DNA from: Oscillospiraceae bacterium
GTDB taxonomy: Bacteria; Bacillota; Clostridia; Oscillospirales; Acutalibacteraceae
NCBI GenBank assembly: GCA_902774035.1
Contig: CACYHA010000016.1
Location: forward strand, 798 to 64,797
DNA length: 64,000 bases
Direction: 5' to 3'
Shown here: in pieces, positions 18,103 to 25,819 of the stretch
How positions within the stretch are numbered: position 1 is the first letter of the stretch
Layout: the number at the start of each line of letters is the position of its first letter
The notes under the pieces: generated by a model
Databases searched by the model: none
Seen by the model: the letters and a program-made list of their open reading frames with translations, nothing else
What the model was told of the DNA's origin: nothing
Translations under genes and position numbers: made by a program

Positions 18103-18286
18103 TGCGCACTGGATCCGGCACACACACCTGTTCTCTGCGGACGAGTATGAATGCTCGGCCTGCAGCATGACCGTGGACAAGCCGAAACCGACCTGCCCGC
18201 ACTGCGGCGCGTCGATGGGCGGCGAGAAATACGACCCGTCGTGGGTCGATGAAGCCGCGATGATGGATATTATTCTTGGAGAATAA
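18089..18286 (+). CDS. Zinc-ribbon protein (65 aa)
   Basis: C-S-A-C ... C-P-H-C pairs. Overlaps the previous ORF by 14 nt. GGAGATG RBS. Confidence 0.55.
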   Translation: MSKNNAHWIRHTHLFSADEYECSACSMTVDKPKPTCPHCGASMGGEKYDPSWVDEAAMMDIILGE

Positions 18287-18299
18287 CGAGGTGAAACAT

Positions 18300-18701
18300 A
18301 TGCGTTTCAGACACACCAACCGCTGCGGGTTTCTGCTCGGCTTTATCGACTTCTTCAGCGCCGGATTGTTCTTCCTGCTCTATATGCCCTTCGGCGGTTT
18401 GCAGGCGGAACTGGAAGCAGTGCTCGGCCACAAGGTGCGTCTCTACTGGCAGGCCTATCTGCTCGGCATCCCGACACTGTTCGTCTATACACTGGTTTGG
18501 ATGGCGCGAATCGCGGAGGAGCTGAAAGTGAAAGCTGTCGCGCTTGGCGTGGAGGGGCCGTACACCTCATGGTGGCACATGTTCGGCTGGAACATCTTCG
18601 GTATGCTGCTGTGCGGCCCGATGGTCGCCACACACCGGTTCTTCGTCACGCTGAACAAAGTGGAAAAGAAACTGAACGAGCAGATGTCCACAGAGGAATA
18701 A
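18300..18701 (+). CDS. Membrane protein (3 TM, DUF4234-like)
   Basis: Start MRFRHTN after a GAGGTG RBS. Hydrophobic segments FLLGFIDFFSAGLFFLLYM, LLGIPTLFVYTLVWMA and IFGMLLCGPMVA. Confidence 0.6.
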   Translation: MRFRHTNRCGFLLGFIDFFSAGLFFLLYMPFGGLQAELEAVLGHKVRLYWQAYLLGIPTLFVYTLVWMARIAEELKVKAVALGVEGPYTSWWHMFGWNIFGMLLCGPMVATHRFFVTLNKVEKKLNEQMSTEE

Positions 18702-18884
18702 CAAAAAACCTTGAAACGGAAGTTCATCTTTCCATTTCAAGGCTTTCTTTCTATCGTACTGTTTCTTGCTTTCGATGCGCTTCGTGACGGGCCTGACGCC
18801 GTGCCACGAGCCGCGTTTGGCGCTGTCCAGTTCCCTCTTCTTTTTCTTGGACAGCTTTTCATAAGGAATGAATTTTTGCATCAA
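18567..18884 (-). CDS. Small basic protein (MQKFIPYEKLSKKKKRELD.. family), C-terminal extent doubtful
   Basis: The first 60 or so aa look like a small protein common in clostridia. The frame then runs through the terminator hairpin and 135 nt into the convergent gene. Confidence 0.45.
   Translation of the reverse strand: MMQKFIPYEKLSKKKKRELDSAKRGSWHGVRPVTKRIESKKQYDRKKALKWKDELPFQGFLLFLCGHLLVQFLFHFVQRDEEPVCGDHRAAQQHTEDVPAEHVPP
18709..18752. terminator. Bidirectional hairpin terminator
   Basis: CCTTGAAACGGAAG / CTTTCCATTTCAAGG stem. T-runs on both strands (CTTTCTTTCT on plus, GTTTTTTGT on minus). Confidence 0.6.
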
Positions 18885-18894
18885 AGGACCTCCT

Positions 18895-19623
18895 TTATTT
18901 TTTGCAATAGATTTCGATTGCCTGACTTACGAAAGCCGCAGTTCCCGCACCGCCTGCACGGTTGATGTTTTCGGTGAAGTCACCGCCTGCGGCATAGAGT
19001 TTGCCGAGCCCGGCGAGGATCTCATCCGTGCAGGTGTAAAAATGCGCGGTGATGTAGTCCTGCAGGGCTTTGACTCTTGTCTGCACCGCCGGGTCGGACG
19101 CGGCATTCTCTTTCAGACTGCCGAATCCGGCGAGGATCCGCATCAGTCCGTCGCCTGCGTCCCGCTGTTCTTTCGGACTTTGATGGGCGGTTTTGGCCTC
19201 ATATTCTTGATAGGCGTCGGTGTCGCCCCACCGTGTCTTGGCTTCGGCGGCATAGGCGTCGATCTTGCTTTTGTCAAATGCTTGAAAACGCATGATATGA
19301 TCTCCTTTTTCTTTGATGTCACAGGCGAGGCGGATGAGCGCGTTCAAGCGCTCTTTTTTCAGTGTCAGCAGTTTGATCTGCTGCTCCAGCGCGGCTTGGC
19401 GGTCAAAAGACGGGCGCTCGAGAATCTCTTTAATCTCCTTCAGCGGAAATTCCAGTTCCCGAAACAATAGAATCTGCTGCAAGCGTTCCAGATCGGCGTC
19501 GTCATACAGCCGATATCCTGCGTCTGTGCGCGCGGACGGATGCAGCAGGCCGATCTGATCGTAATACTGCAGCGCACGGATACTGACGCCCGAAAGGGCA
19601 CTGACTTCATGTACGGTTTTCAT
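18895..19623 (-). CDS. MerR-family regulator with a TipAS-like C-terminal domain
   Basis: Start MKTVHEVSALSGVSIRALQYYDQIGLL (MerR HTH) after a GGAGGGAG RBS. C-terminal half is TipAS-like. The upstream part of the track ORF is unsupported. Confidence 0.85.
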   Translation of the reverse strand: MKTVHEVSALSGVSIRALQYYDQIGLLHPSARTDAGYRLYDDADLERLQQILLFRELEFPLKEIKEILERPSFDRQAALEQQIKLLTLKKERLNALIRLACDIKEKGDHIMRFQAFDKSKIDAYAAEAKTRWGDTDAYQEYEAKTAHQSPKEQRDAGDGLMRILAGFGSLKENAASDPAVQTRVKALQDYITAHFYTCTDEILAGLGKLYAAGGDFTENINRAGGAGTAAFVSQAIEIYCKK

Positions 19624-19648
19624 GCGGCTCTCCCTCCTGCCTGTCAGT

Positions 19649-19679
19649 ATTATAAACCATAACGCAGCGTCAGAGTCAA
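19649..19679 (-). promoter_or_regulatory. MerR-type promoter with 19-bp spacer and internal dyad
   Basis: Minus strand reads TTGACT-N19-TATAAT. The spacer contains TGACGC-T-GCGTTA imperfect dyad. Confidence 0.6.
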
Positions 19680-19762
19680 GAGCTTTTTTGAAAAAAGCTG
19701 TATTCTCTTGATTTTGTGCTGCTTGTGCGCTATGATAAGATACAGAAAGACCAAAGGAGACG

Positions 19763-20053
19763 GTGACGATGGGAGACGCGATCATCCGCCGCACACTGCG
19801 CTTCACCGGCTGGGTGCAGGGCGTCGGTTTTCGCTGGCGGGCGATCCACGCCGCAAACGCGGTCGGCGCAACCGGCTGGGTCTGCAACAACTTCGACGGC
19901 TCCGTCTCTATGGAGATCCAGGGTACAGAGGAGCAGATCGACCAGGTGATCCTCGCTATTGAACGCGGGACGTATGTCAGGATTGAGAACATGCAAGTAA
20001 GGACGATCCCGGTAGTGGATGGAGAGCGGTCGTTTGTTGCGACGGAAGGATAG
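19763..20053 (+). CDS. acyP: Acylphosphatase
   Basis: ..FTGWVQGVGFRW..A...G..GWV.N..DGSV..EIQG.. signature. 96 aa (or 94 from the second Met). Confidence 0.85.
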   Translation: MTMGDAIIRRTLRFTGWVQGVGFRWRAIHAANAVGATGWVCNNFDGSVSMEIQGTEEQIDQVILAIERGTYVRIENMQVRTIPVVDGERSFVATEG

Positions 20054-20138
20054 GGTTATTCTAACGTAAATAATGTATAAGACTCAACAAACTGAATATA
20101 CTATCAAACTGAATAAATGGATATGAGGTACAATAAAA

Positions 20139-20747
20139 ATGCTTGATGATCAGAACCCCACAAATGAAGAATATTATAGAAGGTATTGGAGATTGTCAAA
20201 TACTCTTTCCGATACAATTGTTTTGATTGTTTTTTTAGAGAAGATTGAAGAATACCAAGCTGATATTACGACTCACAATGGGAATGAATACTATGCCATT
20301 AAAAGAGCTCTTTTAGTTCTATGTCAAGTTATTAAAGAAAGAATAATACTGAATATTTGTAAAATGTGTTCCGATGAAGGTGAAGATGTAAACAGCTTGC
20401 CAAAGCTTGGAAGTTATTTAAGAGGATTAGATCAACCTATTGAAGCAAGAGCAGGTTTTTCTGCATTGCTTAATCACCGCCTTCAAGAGCTTACTGATGC
20501 ACGAAACGGTTTTATTGCGCATGATTTATTGTCACACCAAGAACCAACTTTAAGAAATTTCATTCAAAAAGTTAAAGAAATAGTAGACGAGATAACGCGA
20601 ATATTTAATGGCTTGTGTTATAAAGAATTGGATTACAGAGTTTCTGAGTTTGATGATAAAACAGAGGATTTGTTTGAAAACACATTTGGCTTAGGCTTTG
20701 AAACAATAATTCAAAAAAGCTTTGACATTGAGCAAAGCAATGATTAA
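20139..20747 (+). CDS. HEPN-like (AbiU2-like) protein in an AT-rich islet
   Basis: 202 aa, visibly AT-rich codons. LTDARNGFIAHD fits the HEPN R-x(4-6)-H motif in the RN..aH form I recall for AbiU2. Confidence 0.45.
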   Translation: MLDDQNPTNEEYYRRYWRLSNTLSDTIVLIVFLEKIEEYQADITTHNGNEYYAIKRALLVLCQVIKERIILNICKMCSDEGEDVNSLPKLGSYLRGLDQPIEARAGFSALLNHRLQELTDARNGFIAHDLLSHQEPTLRNFIQKVKEIVDEITRIFNGLCYKELDYRVSEFDDKTEDLFENTFGLGFETIIQKSFDIEQSND

Positions 20748-20767
20748 GGAATATCTAGCACTCAAAT

Positions 20768-20804
20768 GAAACAACCACGGCCTTTTCGGGTCGTGGTTGT
20801 TTTC
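20768..20804. terminator. Bidirectional terminator
   Basis: GAAACAACCACG-N12-CGTGGTTGTTTT hairpin between convergent ORFs. Confidence 0.7.
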
Positions 20805-20805
20805 A

Positions 20806-20970
20806 TCATTTAGACTTGTTAATAGCTTTGTCTAACATGGCGTCAAATTCGTCCAACGTCATACCTACCCTGCCATCCATCCGATCCTGTTCAACGGCAA
20901 GTAGCTTTTCTTGAAGCGCAAGCAACCGCTTCTTATTATTGATGGTCGTAGAAGTATTCTTCGGCGTCAT
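20806..20970 (-). CDS. 54-aa ORF with weakly antitoxin-like C-terminus
   Basis: ..KKRLLALQEKLLAVEQDRMDGRVGMTLDEFDAMLDKAINKSK. Start overlaps the end of the lipoprotein gene. No partner toxin seen. Confidence 0.3.
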   Translation of the reverse strand: MTPKNTSTTINNKKRLLALQEKLLAVEQDRMDGRVGMTLDEFDAMLDKAINKSK

Positions 20971-21412
20971 AGTAGTCGAAGAAGTCGTCCCAGTGATCTT
21001 CATAGAAATCCTCCGCGTCATAATAGTCATACACATCATAGGGATCGTCTTCCCGTGTTGTTGTCGGCTTGGTTGTTGTCGGTTTGGTCGTGGTAACCTT
21101 ATGTGTGGTGGTTTGCGCTTCGGTCGTCGATTCTGACCGAATCAAAAAGCCGGAGCCGCTCACGGCGTAATCGCTGCCTGACGATTTCGTTGTTGCGGCG
21201 CGTGTGGTCGTAGGCTTCGTTGTTGAAACTTTCCCAGACGTTGCTTTCGTTGTTGTCGGTTTTCTGGTCGCGGCTTTTGTCGTCGTTGCCGCGCTTGTTG
21301 TGGTGATGCGTTGCGTGCCCGAAGTGTCCGGTTCAGGAGACTGTGCCAAACCGCAGGCGGCAAGAACACTGCACAGCAGCAATGCCGTCACGGGCAGCCA
21401 AATCCGTTTCAT
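20936..21412 (-). CDS. Thr-rich lipoprotein
   Basis: MKRIWLPVTALLLCSVLAAC-G lipobox after an AAAGGAG RBS. Long T/K/P low-complexity region and an acidic Tyr/Asp-rich tail. Confidence 0.7.
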   Translation of the reverse strand: MKRIWLPVTALLLCSVLAACGLAQSPEPDTSGTQRITTTSAATTTKAATRKPTTTKATSGKVSTTKPTTTRAATTKSSGSDYAVSGSGFLIRSESTTEAQTTTHKVTTTKPTTTKPTTTREDDPYDVYDYYDAEDFYEDHWDDFFDYYDAEEYFYDHQ

Positions 21413-21556
21413 GAAAACCACTCCTTTCGCTATCCGATTTCTCTCATACTATAGCACCCTTTTTCTTGAAAAGCAATGGGATTTCATTAAGAAGAACAAA
21501 CGTCCAAAGCTAACTCCGAAAGAGCGGACTTTGGGAAGACTCAGTGCAAATTGTTG

Positions 21557-21585
21557 TTGCAAGCAGGTTGAACGGGTGATATAAT
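21557..21585 (+). promoter_or_regulatory. Promoter of the excisionase-integrase pair
   Basis: TTGCAA-N17-TATAAT. Confidence 0.6.
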
Positions 21586-21635
21586 GTAGAAAAACGAATG
21601 GAGCGTGAAAAGAATGATTGACGGATGTTGTAACC

Positions 21636-21779
21636 GTGGAAGACATCATGGAAATGCTGCATATCGGCAGAACGACCGTCTATGAGCTTTTGAAAAGCGG
21701 CACCCTCTATTCCGTAAAAATCGGTAAAAAGTATATCGTTCCGAAACAGAGCGTTGTCAATTTTATCACCGCAAAATAA
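21636..21779 (+). CDS. Excisionase-type helix-turn-helix protein (47 aa, start uncertain: TTG 21618, GTG 21636 or ATG 21648)
   Basis: VEDIMEMLHIGRTTVYELLKSGTLYSVKIGKKYIVPKQSVVNFITAK is typical of the HTH_17/excisionase family. Below the ORF-track cutoff. Confidence 0.7.
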   Translation: MEDIMEMLHIGRTTVYELLKSGTLYSVKIGKKYIVPKQSVVNFITAK

Positions 21780-21859
21780 GTCGCAGCTTTGACGCTGCAT
21801 TGCCCGCTGTGCTATAATCGGCACAGCGGGCTTCCGACCTTAGGAAGGAGTGAAGAAAC

Positions 21860-23023
21860 TTGGTTGGAAGCTTAGTTGTAAAAGGCAACAAATACTATGC
21901 AAAGTTTCGGATCGACGGAAAGCAAAAACTCGTCGCAACAGGCATTGACGCGAAAGGCAACAACAAGCGAAAGGCGCAAAAAGCCATGCAGGAGATCATA
22001 GAACGGTATGAGTCTCTGAATCTGGCCTATGAGCGGATCACCTTTGTTGGGTTTTTGGAGCTCTGGCTTCAAAGAATCCGGCCGATCCTAAAGCCTGCCA
22101 CATGGGAATCCTATGAGAAAACGGTCAAAGGAAAAATCAAACCGTATTTTGAAAAGAAAAACATCCTTCTGCGCGAGCTGAAGCCAAACGATCTCACAGA
22201 TTTCTTTTGCTATCTTGCCGCGAGCGGGAATTCGCACACGAAGGGCGGGCTCTGCTATAAAACGGTGAAAAACATCCGCGGCGTGATTTCCTCTGCCTGT
22301 GTGTATGCGGTTCAGAATCAATATATTCTTGAAAATCCGGCAACCAAAAGTCTGCTGCCGTCCTTCGCGCATTCGATTCAAAAGGACGTTCCGCAATATA
22401 CGTCCGAGGAAGCCTCAAAGCTCCTGTCCTTTGCGAAAGAACATGAGAGCCACATTTATATCTTTCTGCTGCTGGCGCTGTTCACCGGAATGCGGAAAGG
22501 GGAGCTTCTGGCATTGACCTGGGATGATATTGATTATGAAAAAAAGATGCTGCGCATCAACAAAAGCCGAACAGGCTGCAGAACCGAAGTGACGATGGCC
22601 GTTACAACGCCGAAAACGCTCAGTAGCAACCGCAATATCCCGCTCAGTGATTTTGTCCTTGCCGAACTCAAAGAGGAGCAAAAGCGGCAAAAACAGCAAG
22701 CGGCACTGTTTGGAAACTGCTATCATAAAGAGCAGGATTTTGTCATCCGTAATGCGCTCGGTGAACCGTATGCCAATCTGAGCGCCATCAATCGGGTGCT
22801 GAATCGGCTGGAGAAAAATGCAGGACTGCCGCACTGTACGATCCACGGTCTGCGCCATTCGGTGGCAAGCATTCTGGATGAAAACGGAGTCGCGCTGCAG
22901 GATATCTCCATACTGCTCGGACATGAAAGTGTTCTGACAACAGAAAAGATTTATATCCGCCGAAACAGGACAGCAAAGGCATCCACGATCAATGTTTTAG
23001 ACAGAACCGTCAAAGTATCCTAA
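21860..23023 (+). CDS. Tyrosine site-specific integrase
   Basis: 387 aa, TTG start after a GGAAGGAG RBS. C-terminal HGLRHS..LLGH..TTEKIY catalytic motifs. N-terminal AP2/SAM-like arm-binding region. Confidence 0.92.
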   Translation: MVGSLVVKGNKYYAKFRIDGKQKLVATGIDAKGNNKRKAQKAMQEIIERYESLNLAYERITFVGFLELWLQRIRPILKPATWESYEKTVKGKIKPYFEKKNILLRELKPNDLTDFFCYLAASGNSHTKGGLCYKTVKNIRGVISSACVYAVQNQYILENPATKSLLPSFAHSIQKDVPQYTSEEASKLLSFAKEHESHIYIFLLLALFTGMRKGELLALTWDDIDYEKKMLRINKSRTGCRTEVTMAVTTPKTLSSNRNIPLSDFVLAELKEEQKRQKQQAALFGNCYHKEQDFVIRNALGEPYANLSAINRVLNRLEKNAGLPHCTIHGLRHSVASILDENGVALQDISILLGHESVLTTEKIYIRRNRTAKASTINVLDRTVKVS

Positions 23024-23062
23024 AACGAAAAGACGGGTTTGTGCAAGGGTTACAAAAAGCGT

Positions 23063-23235
23063 GGTATAAGAACCTCACGAAATTGTAGCCAAATCAAAGA
23101 TTTGGACAATTTCGGAGAACCTTGTACCTCGCTTCGCTCGGTATAAGAACCCGACCCGTCAACGAAATCATAGATTTCGGACGGGTGCCCCGGAACCTTG
23201 TTCCTCGCTTCGCTCGGTATAAGTTTTGGTATAAG
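23063..23235. repeat. Imperfect tandem duplication (77 + 76 bp) with four GGTATAAG copies
   Basis: Units begin at 23063 and 23140. They share GGTATAAGAACC, a palindrome C(C/G)AAATCA(A/T)AGATTT(G/C)G and GAACCTTGT(A/T)CCTCGCTTCGCTC. Extra GGTATAAG at 23216 and 23228. Confidence 0.85.
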
Positions 23236-23240
23236 TCAAA

Positions 23241-23280
23241 GAAAAAAAGCCTTGAAAACCCTTTGTTTTCAAGGCTTTTG
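23241..23280. terminator. Bidirectional terminator (integrase on plus, tRNA operon on minus)
   Basis: AGCCTTGAAAAC / GTTTTCAAGGCT stem flanked by A7 upstream and T3-4 downstream. Confidence 0.75.
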
Positions 23281-23282
23281 GA

Positions 23283-23358
23283 TGGCAGGGGCAGAAGGAC
23301 TTGAACCCTCGGCACGCGGTTTTGGAGACCGCTGCTCTACCAACTGAGCTATACCCCT
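23283..23358 (-). tRNA. tRNA-Trp (anticodon CCA), CCA end encoded
   Basis: Reverse complement AGGGGTATAGCTCAGTTGGTAGAGCAGCGGTCTCCAAAACCGC..TTCAAGTCC..GCCCCTGCCA folds as a 76-nt cloverleaf. Confidence 0.93.
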
Positions 23359-23364
23359 ATATTC

Positions 23365-23441
23365 TGGTGGGCCATCAGGGACTCGAACCCCGAGCCGACC
23401 GGTTATGAGCCGGTTGCTCTAACCAATTGAGCTAATGGCCC
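23365..23441 (-). tRNA. tRNA with CAT anticodon (elongator Met or lysidine-modified Ile2)
   Basis: Reverse complement GGGCCATTAGCTCAATTGGTTAGAGCAACCGGCTCATAACCGGT..GGTTCGAGTCC..GGCCCACCA. It resembles Ile2-type sequences, but identity cannot be settled by eye. Confidence 0.9.
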
Positions 23442-23462
23442 ATGCGTCACATGACTTTACAA

Positions 23463-23491
23463 AGTATAGCAAACTGCAGTTGAATTGTCAA
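23463..23491 (-). promoter_or_regulatory. Promoter of the tRNA pair
   Basis: Minus strand reads TTGACA-N17-TATACT, about 15 nt upstream of the first tRNA. Confidence 0.65.
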
Positions 23492-23498
23492 GCCTTTT

Positions 23499-23801
23499 TT
23501 AAGATTTTTTTGAGTTTTTGCAATCGCCGGGCAGTGTCCCGGGGGCAGGGTCGTGCGCGTGATTCCATCGGGCTTTTGTTGCGAGTCCGCCGCGCAGGTG
23601 GCGCTCCGCCTTGTTCTTTTCGAGCACCAGGCGCACCTGTTCAAACAGCGCCCGGTCGCTCTCGCGCAGGCGGGCGGTCACATCGCTGTAAACGGTGGAT
23701 TTGCTGATCTCAAACGTCTGCGCTGCGGCGCGGACGGTCGCACCTGTGGAAACAATGTATTCGCCGAGCACGTGCGCACGTTCTTTTCCGTTGAAAAACA
23801 T
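23499..23801 (-). CDS. spoIIID: Sporulation transcriptional regulator SpoIIID
   Basis: MFFNGKERAHVLGEYIVSTGATVRAAAQTFEISKSTVYSDVTARL..KNKAERHLRGGLATK parallels B. subtilis SpoIIID. AAGGAGAG RBS. Confidence 0.9.
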   Translation of the reverse strand: MFFNGKERAHVLGEYIVSTGATVRAAAQTFEISKSTVYSDVTARLRESDRALFEQVRLVLEKNKAERHLRGGLATKARWNHAHDPAPGTLPGDCKNSKKS

Positions 23802-23855
23802 CGCCATCTCTCCTTGCATCATACATATGAGAGACGGCGATCCTTTTATGCCTGT

Positions 23856-24479
23856 TTATAAAACGCGGTCGATGTATGCCGCAATGTCGAACGGATCGAG
23901 CCCGCTGTCCTTTCGAAGATAGAGCGGATGGTGGGGATGCCCTTTTTTGCTGATCGCGCCGCTGGTGAACCATTTTGCGCCGTGCTTTCGGCCGAGCTCC
24001 GCCATGTCGCGCAGACAGTTTTTCAGATAGGGGCGCATTTCCACAATGTTGCCCCAGGCGGCCCAGACTGCGGGATGTTCGCCTTCAAAAAGCGAAAGCA
24101 CATAGTCGAAAGCTTTCATGTTTTCGCGGTGGAGCGTCTCGTTGCACGTTTTGTCCATGTCCTGCGGACGGGTGGCGCGCTGGGCGTAGACGTTGAACAT
24201 GACAAAGCTGTCAAATCCGTTGTGCAGGGCGATGCGCTCCACGGATTTGAGCGTGTTGTCGAGGTCGTTCGGCGCGGCGGTGGAAGGGTTGATGCCGATG
24301 CAGATGAGCGGCTGTTTGCCGGTGGTGCCGAGGATGTAACGGTAGTCTGCATAATGGTTCGGCACATACAGCCAGTCGCGCACGTCATAGGCGATGTGAG
24401 ACTGGAGCTTTGCCGCCGCAAGCGCCTCTTCAAACGGCTCGATGTCGAGGGTGTGGCTTTCCGCATGGGGAATATGCAT
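23856..24479 (-). CDS. DUF1643-family protein
   Basis: ..LICIGINPSTA..D.T......A...GFDSFVMFNVYAQRAT.P.. Start MHIPHAE lies 1 nt after the ClC stop. Confidence 0.65.
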   Translation of the reverse strand: MHIPHAESHTLDIEPFEEALAAAKLQSHIAYDVRDWLYVPNHYADYRYILGTTGKQPLICIGINPSTAAPNDLDNTLKSVERIALHNGFDSFVMFNVYAQRATRPQDMDKTCNETLHRENMKAFDYVLSLFEGEHPAVWAAWGNIVEMRPYLKNCLRDMAELGRKHGAKWFTSGAISKKGHPHHPLYLRKDSGLDPFDIAAYIDRVL

Positions 24480-24480
24480 C

Positions 24481-25743
24481 TCACTCGATCTCCTTCCATG
24501 TGTTGATGTTGATATACTCCGCCCGGGTTTTGGAGTAGATGATTTTCTGGCTGCTGTAAAGGCCGAAATAGCCGGAAAGGGCAAAGCTGAACGCGCAGAC
24601 AACGGCGAAATATAGCAATCCGCCGATGCCGAACAGTTCAATGCTCAAAAAGACGGAAGCGATCGGGCAGTTCACCACGCCGCAGAACAGGGAGACCAAT
24701 CCGATCGCCGCGCCGAAACCGGACGGCAGGCCGAGCAGTCCGCCGAGGGTGCAGCCGAAGGTTGCGCCGATGAAAAACGTCGGCACGATCTCGCCGCCCT
24801 TGAAGCCGAAGCCGATCGTGACGGCGGTGAAGAGCATTTTCAAAAGGAAGGCGCAGGGGAGGGCGCTGCCGCCGATCGCCTGTTCAATGAGGGGCATTCC
24901 GGCGCCGTTGTAATCCCTCGGAAAAATCAGCGAGAGCAGGAGGATAAGAGTTCCGCCGACCGCCGCGCGCAAAAAGGGGTTTTTCAACAGCTTCTCCGCG
25001 CCTTTGTGGGTGAATGTCATCAAGAGGCAAAACCCGATGCTCAGCGCCGCGCAGGCGGCCGCCAGCGCGACCACTTTCCCGACGGATTGCCAGGAATAGG
25101 ACGGAATGGCTCCGACGGAAAAGCGAACCGGCTCCAGATGGAACAGCAGCGAGATCCCGTATGCGATGAGCGCGGAAATGAGGCAGGGGACAATACCGGA
25201 ATAATAGACCACGCCGACGGAGATGACCTCCAGCGCAAAAACGGTAGCCGTCAGCGGTGTGCCGAACAGCGCGGAAAAAACGCCGCTCATGCCGCAAAGC
25301 GTAACCAGATGCATATCTTTTTCGTCCAGACGGAACCAGCGCCCGACCTGCGCACCGATGGAGCCGCCGAGCTGCAGCGCCGCGCCTTCACGGCCGGCAG
25401 AACCGCCGCAGAGGTGGGTGATGACGGTGCTGACAAAAATCAGCGGGGCCAGCAGAATGGGAACGCTGTGCTTGCTGCGCACCGCGTCGATCACAACGTC
25501 CGTCCCGGCGCTTTCCAGCCGCGCGAGCTTATACATACCCGCAATGAGCAGTCCGCCGACCGGCAGCAGAAAAATCAGCCAGTTGTTTGCCTCCCGCAGC
25601 GCAGTCACTTTTTCGACGCTCAGATGGAACGCGGCGCCCACAACGCCGCCGATCCCGCCGGTCACGGCAGCGACGACTACCCAGCGCAGCAGCGTAAAGA
25701 CATAGCGCCAGGCACGTTTCAGATTGTATTTTACAGATTCCAT
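24481..25743 (-). CDS. ClC-family chloride channel / H+-Cl- antiporter
   Basis: 420 aa from MESVKYNLK. GGSAGREGAALQLG and GVFSALFGTPL selectivity-filter motifs. Multiple TM helices. Confidence 0.9.
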   Translation of the reverse strand: MESVKYNLKRAWRYVFTLLRWVVVAAVTGGIGGVVGAAFHLSVEKVTALREANNWLIFLLPVGGLLIAGMYKLARLESAGTDVVIDAVRSKHSVPILLAPLIFVSTVITHLCGGSAGREGAALQLGGSIGAQVGRWFRLDEKDMHLVTLCGMSGVFSALFGTPLTATVFALEVISVGVVYYSGIVPCLISALIAYGISLLFHLEPVRFSVGAIPSYSWQSVGKVVALAAACAALSIGFCLLMTFTHKGAEKLLKNPFLRAAVGGTLILLLSLIFPRDYNGAGMPLIEQAIGGSALPCAFLLKMLFTAVTIGFGFKGGEIVPTFFIGATFGCTLGGLLGLPSGFGAAIGLVSLFCGVVNCPIASVFLSIELFGIGGLLYFAVVCAFSFALSGYFGLYSSQKIIYSKTRAEYININTWKEIE

Positions 25744-25819
25744 TGCTTTGCCTCTCTTCCTGTGAACAGGGAAGAGTATAGCACAGTTTTTTTTCGTTTG
25801 CAAGTTTTTTGCCTGCTTT

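Noticed and set aside
20054-20138. Left attachment site (repeat of the tRNA-Trp 3' end) for the integrase islet.
   Set aside because: No copy of the tRNA-Trp 3' sequence is visible here. Only a local CAAACTGAATA direct repeat occurs, with no counterpart on the right side, so the islet borders remain undefined.
23063-23235. CRISPR array check. I also checked the microsatellite at 11711-11875 and the GC-rich hairpin clusters.
   Set aside because: There are no regularly spaced repeats with unique spacers anywhere in the window. These are a 2-unit tandem duplication, a 4-nt microsatellite and hairpin clusters respectively, and no cas genes are present.
25744-25819. Possible fluoride (crcB-motif) riboswitch upstream of the ClC gene.
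   Set aside because: The leader after the TTGCAA-N17-TATACT promoter is only about 35 nt, with a single short hairpin. There is no room for the riboswitch fold.
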